This document shows, in pieces, positions 12,201 through 25,625 of a stretch of DNA of 64,000 nt. The stretch comes from Lingula anatina. Its lineage: Eukaryota; Animalia; Brachiopoda. The notes beneath the pieces were generated by a model that worked only from the letters and a program-made list of their open reading frames with translations, ran no database searches and was not told the origin of the DNA. Both the position numbers and the translations under genes were made by a program. The stretch covers positions 5,456,001-5,520,000 of the forward strand of contig CM120641.1 in NCBI GenBank assembly GCA_051362555.1, read 5' to 3'. The number at the start of each line of letters is the position of its first letter. The first letter of the stretch is position 1.

Positions 12201-14598
12201 ATTTATACAAAAGCAGTAGTTAAAATCACTCTAATCGAAATCACATGAAATTTAATCAGAAATGCAGTATGCACTTTACCGTGGACTTTGTTCCAAAATG
12301 TAAATAAGAGTGGATGCAACGATAGTGCATTGTTGGGGTTGCCTAGTATTGTTGCTTATAAAAGCGACTGAACCAACTCGAAGGGATGGATTTCATCAAC
12401 AGTGAACCATTAAAAAATATGAGACAAACAATGTGTATACTGTAGCACAGGTGATACCCACCGTATGATAAATAGCCAACCGATAACGCATTTAATACAG
12501 CATAGAATGCGGCACACGGCGGAGACCGAAATAGTCTTGTCGATAACCCTCTAGCTTTAATACCAGCCTGCGTCATAACACTACTTAGCTGATATTAAAT
12601 CGAACCAAACCCAAACTAGAAGAAAAACATTTCGAAGGTATCCAGCTTAAATAACCACATTAAGGTCGCGCACTCAAGCAAATTACAACGTCTGCGGTAT
12701 TTTACTTATGCCTGTTTCCTTGTTAGCTTACCAGGTAGATGGATTTACCCATTACTGACGATAAAAATGTAAATATTGCTGTTTTTTATCTACCGGAGCT
12801 ATATTAAAACATGGATTTAAATAGAAAATGAAAATATGCTGAACTGTAATATCAGTAGAATTTATGTGCCATATCAGCTGAACACACCACCGGGAAGTTG
12901 GCTTGATCTTTTTTACGCGTGTCACCAAAAAGTCCCATTGAATTATGGTAACATATGGATTCCATATGTACGTAACTCCGCCGGCATCCAACCATTAGAC
13001 AGCCGTACGTCTAACATCTCATTGTACGATCAATATATAAAGATCTCTGTTTATGACTGTCAACTACTTACATTGCCCATGTAGATCACTGTTGATGAAA
13101 TGGTCTGGTTACGTTAAGTCTTAAATGCTGTACAAAAGTATAAAAGCTCTCTGCTGTATATGTAGACGGCAGATCGGTCACAGTACAAAACGCCAGCAGC
13201 TGCAGCTGATCAGATGTTTATGAGGCCGCAGCACGCAACCACAAGATTCATCCGCTTTTACACAGTTGCAAGGTTTTCAAATGTTCTGTTGAGTATCATT
13301 GACATCTGGTCGGACTAATAAATACATATTCTATCTAAATAATTGGAAATATGCGTTGTTGATAGATTACCAAAAACCAACCGTTGTCTATAAGTTAAAT
13401 ATGGCAATGAGAGGATTACTTTGTTTTTGTGGAAACACATCCGGTTGCGACCACGCGGTCATGTAGCCAGTTACTGCAGTGACTATGATCAGCTGTTTAG
13501 TAGGTCTGACGTTTTAGGTAATAATCATTTTAGTTGTTTGGTAGTGCTTATCGATCATTTAGCGCGTTGGACGATTGTTTACCAGCATCCTGGCCGTATA
13601 TGTCAATACTTTACTTGGAATGAATAGGATGGTTGTCTAATTTTAGGCAATTTTAATACTTTCATTTATGATGGTGGCCTATTTCTAGACCTCTCACAGC
13701 CTCTATAGGCCTGTGTAGGTTGGGTAACTGGCATCCATCCTGTTGATCCATTTTGATCCTTAATGCACGTGTAAGTTATCTTAGAAGATGGGAGATTGAT
13801 TTCGTATCAATCTTCATCACGTAGTTTCGCTTCTCAGCGAACATAAATTGAGTTTATACAGCTGCACTAGTAAGCTTATTTTAATCATACTCTACATGTA
13901 GGCCTACGTATGTAGCCAGATCGTTACTGAACAGTTTGAAGGCTTACAGGTTCAATACTCGGTTTTGCTTACCATCCACGATAACAGTGGAAAGAAAAGC
14001 TCCGTCGTTTTGACCTTGAATTACTGGCAAAAGCTGCCAAGTCAATTTAATGCTAATGTCTTGGAAGGAGACTTTGTACAGGCTTGGCAGTTTGACGTGA
14101 GTTCGTATTGGATGTTGCTGTTTAATAAGGCATTGTGTCGCACGTGTGTATGTAAAAATGATGAGGGCAACATTGTCAGTGTATAAGGGTCATCCCACAC
14201 ACAGAGCTAACAACGCACATAGAGTCTGTAGGTATATACTATAGGTTTGAATCAATCCATTTATTTCTCATAACGATTAAACACACAGGGCTACATAGGC
14301 TACATTGCAAGTAATTGAACTATACAATTATTTGTACTGGATTCAATGTTATTGTCCTAAAAGTGCATTGAATGAAGGCTACTGAGAAATCATTTTATTT
14401 GCATAACGACCAATCAATCAATGGATGTCTCATTACTTTTTATTTAGATACAAAAGTCCACACAAATGTTACTTAACTGGAAATATTATCCAGTTTTATG
14501 AGTTTTTCGCCTGAGCTCGCTCAAACGCACGCACGTTCGCATGTACATCTGTTCGTTGTATATTACTAGAGTCTAATTAAAATTTGATCTTTCTTTTA

Positions 14599-14602
<4 letters not shown>

Positions 14603-14632
<30 letters not shown>
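14603..14632. repeat. Poly(T) tract
   Basis: About 30 consecutive T. Confidence 0.9.
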
Positions 14633-14633
<1 letters not shown>

Positions 14634-16567
14634 AAAATGATTGTGGTCTCGAAAGAAAGTAAGTCAAGGTTTTTAAACCGGGACATTATGACGTCACATA
14701 TATATATTTGATATTTTTGGGTCAGAGGAGCAGGTCCTGTTATTGCCAGTTTCCAGCTGTCTAAAATGGGATATGGGATCTGCTGAAATACTATAAGCCT
14801 ATTCTCAGGCCTTCTGCGATATATTTGGTTATCAACTGCATGGTAATCGGCTAAAAATCCACGTAAAGTAACGGTGCTAGTTAATCAGCTGTCAGATAAT
14901 AAGGGAAGAATCAGCTGTTTTAATTGACCGCATCAAATGAATTAATTAAATGCACATTACATGAATTTTTAAACTATATAGCTCTTGCTATTTAGAATTA
15001 ATCAATGGCGTAATCCCAACTCGAGTATACAAGTTCGGAGAAGTCCGTACCGAGTATGTACATAAATCATCATATCGCTGGTGAAGTGCATGTTTTACCT
15101 TGGGTACTTAGTACTCGGTTTTGTAACATCTTTACTTACAAATACGAATTAATATGATATTTCTACTTGATAAGAAAAACATAGCTATCACTTGATTTCG
15201 ATTTAAAATATTTATGTATTCGCGTTTTTCTCATAAACGTGTATGGTAATTTCTACCTATTCCTTAAGCAGATATCTTGATTCAGTGGCTTTTACACTGC
15301 GCACAAGCGGGTAGAAAGTTTAAAGCGAAATGTCAGATTGATCAATTCTCGTTCTTGGTTTATGTGATTAAGGAACCAGTATGCACGGAATCACATAGAC
15401 ACAACTAGTGCCTTCGATCTTCTAACAATGTAAACGTACATTCATTTCATTCATTGATTCTTAGAGCACAGTCTTTTGGTCATTATCATTAGACTAGCAA
15501 TTTGTCGTAAACCACTCACTATCTGAGATTTTTCACCGTATTTCCGAAGTAAGTTCAATGTTTTTGAGAGTATAACAAGACGATGTCTGTGAGAGGAAAA
15601 TGTGTGTTATTCCTACAAATATTCTCTTACTAATAACTAATGTAAGATGTACTTCAAAAAACGGAACCTTGGTTCTTTAATTATATTCTATTAAAATAGA
15701 TGACATCCCAGTGAGTTGCCAAAGAACTGATCTTCGCTTTGGAACCAGGAGTCCCACTTTAACGTAATTTGCCTGTTTTTAATATTCGGTTCCCTGTCAT
15801 ATTTGTGCCATCACCTGAACTCGAAGATTTTATTGTTTACATCTCGTTACTCGAAATAGTTCAGAGCGCGTGTGATTTGAGAAAAAATTACTACTTTATA
15901 TAACGTGTCCTCTACTTAAGTTACAACTTACGTCAACTACTTCTTCCCGAGGCTGCCTTGATGGCCTATCATTTACATAACCCACACGAACTAAGAGACG
16001 AAATGGTAACTTAATGAAAAGTCAGCCAAAGCTGGTAAATGCACAGACAACCTGTCTCCATTCCATATTAAGTAAAAAAACTGTGGAATGGACCATAGCC
16101 TTGCATATGACACCAAAAATTATAAAGAAGAGAGCTATCCAACCTTAAGTCTTGCAAAATTATCGAACACAAGACCAAATTTATAGTAAAATAATTATCG
16201 AAAAAAATTAAAGAATGAAATGCTTATATTCTGTCTGAAACTTGGCCGACATAATAGACCCACAAGTATCGAAGAAGGTTGTCACAAATGAAGAGATAAT
16301 TTGGATGATAAGGTGTCCACGCAGTCAAAAATATCACTAATAAGATCAAAATTATCGATCAAAAATCATCATTAAAACGTTAAGAACAATAATCTTATCA
16401 TACGCATTATTGAGCCTGATCGGTATTTTAGGAAATAAATTCAGGCATTTGGGTGGTACAGAAAAGACCCAAATCTCGAACTTCGCTTACGTCTAAGGCA
16501 GCAAGTTAGCATAAGCACCGTAAGTTTGAACTAAAACGATAACAAAATGCATCAATGTAAACGGTCC

Positions 16568-16620
16568 CGACTTCCGCTCTGGCTCTTGCTCTGGCTTTGA
16601 CTTCGACTTCGACTCCTGAT
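16568..16620. repeat. Degenerate hexamer repeat (cgactt/ggctct-like)
   Basis: cgacttccgctctggctcttgctctggctttgacttcgacttcgactcctgat shows 6-bp periodicity. Confidence 0.6.
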
Positions 16621-19600
16621 CCGGTGCAAAACATTACAATATGTACTGACATTCCTGTGTCTCGGTACATAAAAAAAGGAACGATTCAAACAAGATATTA
16701 GATCCAGTCTCTTTATTGCAATCACGCCATCAATCCATACAACATAATAACCATTTTCTCAGAAAACCAACAAGTGATCCAGTGATAAAGACTGAAAGCA
16801 GTGTTTCTTTGGTGACAGATATACATTTTACGTGCATGATCAATACCAAAGTGCGTATTTACCTATCCTGATATTAGAATGTAAAAAATGCGTCCGTGTT
16901 TTATTTGTTGAATGTTTGACGTCATATTGATGTCTTCATTACCTTCACCAATAAAAACAATTTTCATCAAAAGGAAGGTTTTGGAGCTTTGGCAAACCTA
17001 CCCGCCTATTTTTCCCTCTCTCCCAATACACGGTATATAGCGTATAATACAACACGCAGGGGGGTTGGGGTGTCAAAACGACTCGAAATCTTCATTCACA
17101 TCGTTCCCTATTAAAACAGTGACGAAAAGCGCATGCTAGGTAGAGGATACCCTTCACTAGGGTGGCAGATCATATTGGGGAAAATGGGAAAATCCAGAGA
17201 TAGTAAAATGACCGCCTATTTATCTAAAGACATATCTGTGAATATCCTGTGAAAAGTCAATCTGTGTCCCTGGTAGAGGGTTGGTAGAAGAATGGAACGG
17301 CCAGTGTCTCAGGGTACTTAATTGTTTGCCTGCCTGTCTCTCACTTTTACGATTTTATTATCAGTTATTGTCGTAGACAATAACCTTGGCAGGCACTGTT
17401 TCTGGAAATTGTACGACCTTATTTCACCCCTGGCTTCCCAGGAAACTACTGCTTATAATAGCAAATGCCGACAAACCTACTGCAATAGTTTTAATCTAAA
17501 TTAATTGCAATGTAGCTAAGTGTTTCGGAACAGAAAATTATAGCTTAAGTAACATAAAAATGGCAAAATGGCACATATAGTTGAAGGAAAATCTATGTCT
17601 GTTTCATGTGTATTGTACGTTGAAAGGCAGTGGTGGTTTTCGTTGAAAATTAGTGCCAATTTCAATCCCGTTTGTTTATGATAACAGAAAATGCGAAAGG
17701 TGTTTCGGGCGAGTGATGTGTGAACTTTTGCGGAGCCCCCCTATCAGTTGGATACCTTTTCACAAATTATCTCGTCATTTGCTGACGCAAATTGGGAGTT
17801 TTATGCACAAAATAACAACACAATGAGCTAGAGCTGAAAATAGCAACTGCCCTATCTTCGACTTCTGCACCAGCGGTTTCAATCGTTTAAGCTGCGTTCT
17901 TTCCGCTAGTGCAAATATATCCATTGGAGAACAGCAGAATGGTTTATGGACGAAATGGATCCACTGATCACACGTGCGATAGCTGTTTTGAATCCGAAGG
18001 GAGGTCAGTTGATCACTAAAGAAGTCATATGAATAAGGTTCGCCACGCTGACTCAATTACCCCTTTGAAAAAATGAAATATGACAACAAAAATGATCAGC
18101 ATAAAAAAAATTACCGGAGAGTCGAATCGATTGACTTCTATAATGGGCTAATGACTGTAATGAAACTGGTCCCGCGGATAAAAGTACAGAGCACTTTATA
18201 TGGAGTGGCATTGACCTGTATTGGAATTAAGAAAAGCCAACCTGTAGCGTGTGCTATTAAAATACATGTGGTTTGGTGTGGCGGGTTCAGGCCAGGTCTC
18301 TATTACGTTTGAGATTTATACTTCTTTACCCGCGCCTTATTCATTTTATAAGACACCAGCATGGTTGGGGAGTCAAATCATGCTTGCTGTTGTATTTATC
18401 TTTTCTATGTATATACTGTGATGTATTCATAGATATGTTATCTCACTGGGTAATGATGAATTTTGAGGTTCAAATCGATCCCAGGGTACGCATTTCCAAA
18501 AATAAGTTTGGCTTTGTCTACGTTTATCTCACTGTATCCATTAATACCAATCTCTTAGTCACGTGTGTAAGGGGGCGTTACCTAACTACATTAGTGACAA
18601 ACAACTTCTGCGTGACAGAACAACGGATGATATATTAAATTATGAGCTGCAATCCTCTTCCCTTTAATCTAAAATGAAATCCGTGACTTTCTCTAAAATG
18701 CATTTGTTAAGAGAAATCATGAACAAGCGAAGAATAATTATCCAATTCGTCAATAAATTCTGTCGTTCTAGTGATTTTCCCAGGAATTCCCGGTGACTTA
18801 ATACCTCAAGGGAAAAACGCGCAATTGATTCTGCCTTCTACAGAGCGCCGGTTGAATCAATAGCCGAGTAGGTAAGACGGGGCAGATAGCACAATACTGG
18901 CAACAAACAAAAAGAAATAAAACTCAATATATTAAAAGTAAAAAAAAACAACAACAACAACAACAAAACATTATTATGATGATGATAAGAAATATTTAAA
19001 AAATAACAGAAAATGTTAGGTAGTGTAGTATCAAGAACAGCAACCTTTAAATAAGAGAGTATGCAATAACAATGTATCATCTATCGCTCCACTTCCCTCC
19101 GCCATACAATTACTGAAACTATGGAAGTCCTGGTTAGCAGGAGGTGCGGTCCTTTGTAAAATGATTACTGCCAATGTAATTTGTGGCAGAGAACCTCTCT
19201 AAAACCCAATAAGTGGAAATCATGTGTAGGCAGGTCCAGTTTTTACGAACCATTTCAACAGGCCGCTTGATTGCACTTGATTAGCTCAAAATAAGAATCC
19301 AAACTAACGGCACGCGACTTTCCTTAATTTATAATAGCAATGGAATGGACAACAGAGTGATAACTTTAGCTACCTTTTGTAGGCTTAAATAGGTGATTGG
19401 TCGTAAAAAGTTAGGTTGTACTAAGTGGTGTCGACCTATATCCACTGGAAACTGGAAACTGTGTTTCTGCGACAAATCTGATTTTCCTAGAGAGAAAAAA
19501 TGTACTTTTCTCCCACTCACAAATCATAGCTCCACTTATCTACGTGTGTGGGTCACTATATTATTGTCGCCATATAACATGCTTATGTATGCTGTCGAAG

Positions 19601-20011
19601 TCAATTTGTCCTCTGCGTGTACATATGTATATACATACTTTATGAGATAACAGTCATACGTTAAATGTTGTTTTCTTATGTCTGCTCCGGATTTAAATAA
19701 TGTGCACCGTTAATTTACTTTAAATAAATCACCAAAAATATTTTAAATCCCTTGAAATAGGGCCTACTATGAAGAACGATAAAGTTTACAGACTTACAGA
19801 GTTTTTAATATTGCTGCTGCCCTTTTGACAAGGCTGTTAACGTTTTATTTGATCGATTGTGTTCACCGGAATTGTCAGTCGGAAAAAAAGTTGATTGTCT
19901 TTCACCCACGCCACCCCCTTCCCTGTTCAATATATACGTGAAGTATCATTGCTGTTTGATTAATACCAGTCATGTTGGAGGCTCGATCAGCGAAAGAGCA
20001 GAGTATTAATG

Positions 20012-20058
20012 GTGTAAACATATGTTGTAATTGCTTTAGTTACAACATATGTTTACAC
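20012..20058. repeat. Perfect 19-bp inverted repeat (hairpin)
   Basis: gtgtaaacatatgttgtaa, 9-nt spacer ttgctttag, ttacaacatatgtttacac. Confidence 0.9.
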
Positions 20059-21805
20059 TTGATATAATCTGAGGCATATATCCAATATATATTTGTTTCA
20101 TTTATTTCGTATAACCTGTATAAAAAGAACTGCACTTAAGAGTCAGAGGAATGGGCATAAGTATTCCTTGTCTTATTTTGATGAAAACAAGATTTCTGTG
20201 TCACAAAAGTTTCTCATACGTCGAAGGGAAATTTAATTAAAATGTTTTGTTGAATAAAGAGAATTTTTACCTTAAATAGTTCGCGAGCAATTTATTATTT
20301 TTTCATTCGTTTTTTTTTTTTTTTTTCATGTGATATCAGATATGGTACATTTCTCTGATTAAACAGCACAGCATTCATTGGCTCATCTGTAGTTTTAGTT
20401 ACTGATCAAAATTCAGTGCAATTCTGGTAGAGTTAACCCTCCAAAAAACGAACAAAACAAAAGCACCAAACCAGGAAGGTCAGCCCAAGTGCTGCCAACC
20501 TGCCTGCTCAAATAGTCCACCTCCGGGCCCATACATCCTAAATGGTACTCAGTGGAGTCAACATGAAATCTAAGACCGCGTTCACATTCAAACATCGTAC
20601 CAGCTCTATCGATCCAACTCTGCCGGGGATTGTCGCTAAATTGCATTCAGTGTAATCAGCTGAAATGTCTGATACGCCTCCTTGAGTAACTAGGGGTTAT
20701 TAACTTTCGCGTGCGCTTGGCTTAATTACCCCCTGACACTTGAAAATTAGGCTCTTCCATCTGTGGAGCTGATAAAAGTATTTACCAGTATATTCAAATG
20801 TATGATAATCTACATGTTTGTTCCAGCACATTCACTTTTTTCTGACATAGTGGGTCATATTCAATCAAATATATGGTGTGTGTGTGCTTGGCTGTGCTCC
20901 ACTGAAAGAAGCACCTAGCTAATAAGATATTGGAAACTTTGACCCAGCATTCCAGTTCTAATGTACTCGTCACCTTTCGTACAGTCCAGGTTGACTTAAG
21001 GATAGTGCTTATAAATGAAGGAGTGCTTTGTAATATGTAAAGATAACAGCCCAAAGGTTTTGACTCTCTTTTTGTCTCGCTTAAATAAAAGATGTTTATT
21101 TAACAGATGTTTATTAGATCTTAGGTTAAATACATGTTTGTGCTTCACGATTCGGCATCTCTGTTCATTTACATGCATTCCACCCACCTGCTCTCAATTT
21201 TTTTTTTGTTAGTGGTTACATGGTAAAAAATACTGTCTATTTAAGTGATATCATGCGGACAACGTGGGCAATTCTTTCATAAGAAATAAGCAATGCTTTC
21301 ATAGGTTTTACTAAAGCAAATATTATTGAGAAATTGCAAGATTCATTGCATGTCATATATGCACTTTTTAAAACCTGCAATTGCATCAAATTCCATTTGA
21401 AAAAGTAAGCTTCACTTTTGCATTAATCTGTTTGCAAACCTGAAAAAGTCTCTATATTGTGAATGCGATTTCGTAGAATTTTAATTTGTTTACATTAAAA
21501 AAAATAAGGCCTGTGTTGACCTCAACGGCGCGGATAAAATAAGTTGCTGTCAGCGTTTTTGTTGTAATCGCAACATTCCCACATGCTATTTTTCTTTGTC
21601 GAGCTCACTTTATCCAGGCATACCTCACAGCAGTTCATAGTTTGGATTCACTGTCTTTGAAAACTAGTTAAGGCCACCCGTTACCAAGTCTTGATGGTCA
21701 CATTACGAAATGATAGCCAGGTAATGTGAAATGCTACGCACAGTATAAAAGAATGCCAGGGATTGAATACCAAACCCTATAATACTATCAGATACCAGGG
21801 ACACC

Positions 21806-22894
21806 ATGCGTTATCTGAAGTGTATTCTGGTTGGATTTGTTTGCTGGATGTGTTTTTTCATAATATTAACTGTGACGCCATTTAACAATGAGTCTGTTTC
21901 AATTTTCCGGGAGATTCCATTCGAGTCGTCATATATTAATGGCGCTTTCAAAGGACGTTATTTAATCAAAAGTGGATCAATTGCTGGGGAAATGTTGACT
22001 ACAATTGGAAAGAACACCATCTACACATATTTCAAAATGAGACCCCATGTTGTAAACAGGTTCGATCATGAACTGCTGATATCACCATCCGGAAAGTGTC
22101 GCGGGCAAGTGAAACTTTTGATAACGGTTCTGTCGGTGTACGGTAACGTCAACAGAAGGCGTGCTATAAGGCAATCGTGGGGAAACTTGGCCAAACGACC
22201 AGACGTCCGCCTTGTCTTCATCTTCGGTCAACAAACCACAGAGTCATTTAATAACAACTTAATGGAGGAAAGCATTACATTCGGAGATATTATACAATAT
22301 GATTTTAAGGATTCTTACAGAAATTTGACTTTAAAATCCCTTTCAATTTTGAGATGGGCTCGAGAAAACTGCCCCAATGCCCAATTTATTTTAAAAGTTG
22401 ATGACGATATCACCATAATTACTTCAAGGCTTTATGCCATACTGCGAAAATTGGAACCAAAGGGTATAATATACGGGACGTACAATAACGCATTTTTAGT
22501 CGTAAGAAAGGGAAAATGGAACATATCCTATTCAGATTATCCGTTCAGTTTTTTCCCTGCGTATGTGGCAGGCGGTGCTTATGTTTTATCGTCTGATGTA
22601 GCTGAGACGCTGCTGAACGCTGCCAGACACGTACCACTGCTGCCGGTGGAAGACGTCTTCATTACAGGCATCCTAGCACACATTAAATCGATTCCTCTCA
22701 CTCAAGATTCTAATTTCTTACTACGTGACTATTTTCCGAAGTATAAACAGCGAACATGTGATAGGGTATCTCATGATACGGTGGCCATTATGGTGGTCAC
22801 TTTTGAGGAACGTTCCTTGGTATACCAGATGAACAGAACTTTCTTGGATCTAGAAGGCTGCACAACGCAGCAACATTCTACACTGGTTGTGTAA
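21806..22894 (+). CDS. GT31 beta-1,3-galactosyltransferase-like protein, paralog 1
   Basis: N-terminal TM anchor; RRAIRQSWG, DSYRNLTLKS, KVDDD (DxD), GKW, GGAY and VEDVFITG motifs of the Galactosyl_T family; intronless CDS. Confidence 0.93.
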   Translation: MRYLKCILVGFVCWMCFFIILTVTPFNNESVSIFREIPFESSYINGAFKGRYLIKSGSIAGEMLTTIGKNTIYTYFKMRPHVVNRFDHELLISPSGKCRGQVKLLITVLSVYGNVNRRRAIRQSWGNLAKRPDVRLVFIFGQQTTESFNNNLMEESITFGDIIQYDFKDSYRNLTLKSLSILRWARENCPNAQFILKVDDDITIITSRLYAILRKLEPKGIIYGTYNNAFLVVRKGKWNISYSDYPFSFFPAYVAGGAYVLSSDVAETLLNAARHVPLLPVEDVFITGILAHIKSIPLTQDSNFLLRDYFPKYKQRTCDRVSHDTVAIMVVTFEERSLVYQMNRTFLDLEGCTTQQHSTLVV

Positions 22895-23822
22895 AATGTG
22901 CTCTGATTATCCAAGCTATGTACGTGATTGTTTCTTTCTTTCAAGTAATCCCCATGACAAATCACACACATACATGAGAAGAAACTTACTCAGGGTGGAG
23001 AAGTGCTGAACTAACAAACTCTCCTCAAGTGTCTAACGTGACAACATAGAATATGACTACTATAATCATATAATTACATAGGAATCACCCGGAAATATGA
23101 CTAAATTAAACAATATGAAAGTGACAAAAACGAAGGATAGCAAAGTAATTGCAATATTTATTATTCAGACAACTTGTATAACATGATGCGTTCCCAGTTA
23201 CGCCCAAAACAACAGTTAGCTGAGGGGTGTCAGGTGGGGAAAATTAAGTATCAAAGTATGAAGTCATTTCAACTACGACTTCAATATATGTCTAATTTTG
23301 TAATATTGCACACATAGATTACGAGAGGTGAGGCCGGACTAGGCCACAACACATATACATGTATATGCCCATATGCGTTTTTACCTCAGCTAAAAGTATC
23401 TTGGAGTTCACCCAATGTTTTGCAGCGGCTCGTTTTACCGTTTTCGTGTGCATATATTCTCTATCATCTTTGTTTAATCTGGACCACTATATGAAATACA
23501 CGACCAATTAAACTACAAATAATTTCTTTTTTCGGTATTATTTTTTTTCTGTTTTGAGAATCGAAGAGGACTATTTGAATTTTTCAAATTTTAAAGACTT
23601 TCTTACAACCTTGTAATGTACTATAATTTACATATCAATAAAATCAGTGGTTAGCGATACTACCTTAAATCCAAAATTAATTCTATGCTCACACATAAAA
23701 GTTAAACATTATCAACCCTACAGTTGGTAAATGTTAACGTGACTGCCTTGACGTAAGGGGAGGCCATTTTTGTTATCCTCCATGTTGTATTTCTGGCAAT
23801 CAGGTTCATATAACATAGAGGG

Positions 23823-24956
23823 ATGAGACGGCTGAAATTAACACAAAAGTTAGTGTTGTCGTTTTTATCAATCCTAGTTTCATATTTCTTGATTTCTTGG
23901 ATTCTTTATCACAAACCTTTTGATAAACATGGACTCACAAACACTGATGGGCATCGTGGTAAAAGCTCTATACAAACGGCACTTCAAGGTACACTGTATG
24001 ACAACGAAAAACGAGAGAACCGACAACAAGATCGAATCCTCGACTTCGAAACAGAGAAGAACTTCTTTACAACGAGATCTTCAATAATTAACCCATTGAA
24101 TCACTCTCTTTTGATTTCGCCAAGAGACTTTTGTGGGAACGACGTGACTATTTTAATAGTAGTCCTATCAGAATTCACAAACCTAGTTAGGAGAAAAACA
24201 ATAAGGAACACTTGGGCTTCCACATTAGAAAAACCAGAAGGTGTTCGAATTGCTTTCATATTTGGTCAACAGAGTGCTAAGAAATGGAACGACCGTCTAG
24301 AGGAAGAGAGTCAAAAATATCAGGACATTATAAAATACGATTTTCCAGATATTTATTCTAATTTGATTTTGAAATCCCTGTCTATTCTCCGGTGGGCAAC
24401 TGACCACTGTAAAAACGTCAATTTTGTGATGAAAGTCGACGATGATGTATTTATCATGACTTCCAGACTCCATAGCTATTTCGAAAGACTGTACCCCAAG
24501 AGAATCCTGAGAGGACACTATAATGCACACTACACTGTTTTACGCGATGGGAAATGGCTTGTGACACGTGACCAATACCCTTTTTCAGAATTTCCTCCGT
24601 ATATAGCAGGAGGCGCGTACATCATGTCCCTAGATGTGGCGGAAACTTTATTTGAGGCAGCAAAACGCGTCCCTCTACTTCCAATTGAGGACGCATTCAT
24701 CACAGGCATTTTAGCAAAGATCACTGGCATCACTATTTTTTCAGATGGCCAATTCCTGACTCAATTCGCACATGAAAACCTAGAAATCCAAAGTACCATA
24801 TGTTCAAAATCATATGGGAGTGTATTAGCTATACTTTTAGGTGCTCCAGACGAACATTCCATATCTAAACTTATGTTATTAGTCAACAAGTGTTATAGAG
24901 AAGTACAGCGTTTACAAGCACTTTACGGACCCAAACCGCCATGGAGACAACACTAA
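23823..24956 (+). CDS. GT31 beta-1,3-galactosyltransferase-like protein, paralog 2
   Basis: TM anchor; RKTIRNTW, YSNLILKS, KVDDD, FPPYIAGGAY, IEDAFITG; acceptor-like ATCAG ending at 23803 upstream of the ATG. Confidence 0.93.
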   Translation: MRRLKLTQKLVLSFLSILVSYFLISWILYHKPFDKHGLTNTDGHRGKSSIQTALQGTLYDNEKRENRQQDRILDFETEKNFFTTRSSIINPLNHSLLISPRDFCGNDVTILIVVLSEFTNLVRRKTIRNTWASTLEKPEGVRIAFIFGQQSAKKWNDRLEEESQKYQDIIKYDFPDIYSNLILKSLSILRWATDHCKNVNFVMKVDDDVFIMTSRLHSYFERLYPKRILRGHYNAHYTVLRDGKWLVTRDQYPFSEFPPYIAGGAYIMSLDVAETLFEAAKRVPLLPIEDAFITGILAKITGITIFSDGQFLTQFAHENLEIQSTICSKSYGSVLAILLGAPDEHSISKLMLLVNKCYREVQRLQALYGPKPPWRQH

Positions 24957-25625
24957 TTTACTGTAATTTTTTTACAAATGAATGCCACCTTTTTCCTATC
25001 TTCCATATGCTAAATAATAAATACATAAAGTAAAACGTGTCTTTATGACCCACAAAATCTCTTTAAATAGAATTATTTTTACAATAGCCATATGCTTAAG
25101 GGACTAGCCCTACAATAGCAATGATGCTGTGACAATTTTGTTGAAAATGCTTCGCACTTAAAATTGAACTTGTGTGATTACTAGTACCAAAACTAAAAAA
25201 GGGTAATCTTCGTTCACTTTGTCAGTAAATTGTTTCCAGTGTCTGCTCTTCATGAAAGGTGTTAATTTTATGTGACCATAAAAGTAAGTGACGTTGATTT
25301 ATTTCCTCTACACTTTGATAAAGCAATTTAAAGTAAGTATTGAAGGATTAAACTAATATCCTTATATTTTCAGTTGTTGATAACTTTCACATAATAGAAA
25401 GAAAGATGAACGGGAAGAAACATGGTGTATCAATATAAACTAGTTATAAGCATGAACTGCAAACAATCGTACTTTTAATATAGACATTGAGAGAAACCTC
25501 AAATTAAGAAAAAAGAATGCACGCCATTCCAGCTCAGGCGTGCTACATGTACTGCCACACTGAGGCACATTCCTTTATATGGACCTAAAAACACATTTAG
25601 CAGGTACGGGCCACTACTCAACAAG

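Noticed and set aside
16555-16620. Minus-strand RS-domain-like peptide RSRSRSQSQSKSQS
   Set aside because: Product of a hexamer repeat; no start or splice context; more likely a transposon remnant.
20721-23248. Inverted ~20-bp motifs (cttaatt...cctgacac) flanking GT31 paralog 1, suggesting a gene-carrying transposon
   Set aside because: Short, gapped match with no TSD; could be chance or a dispersed repeat fragment.
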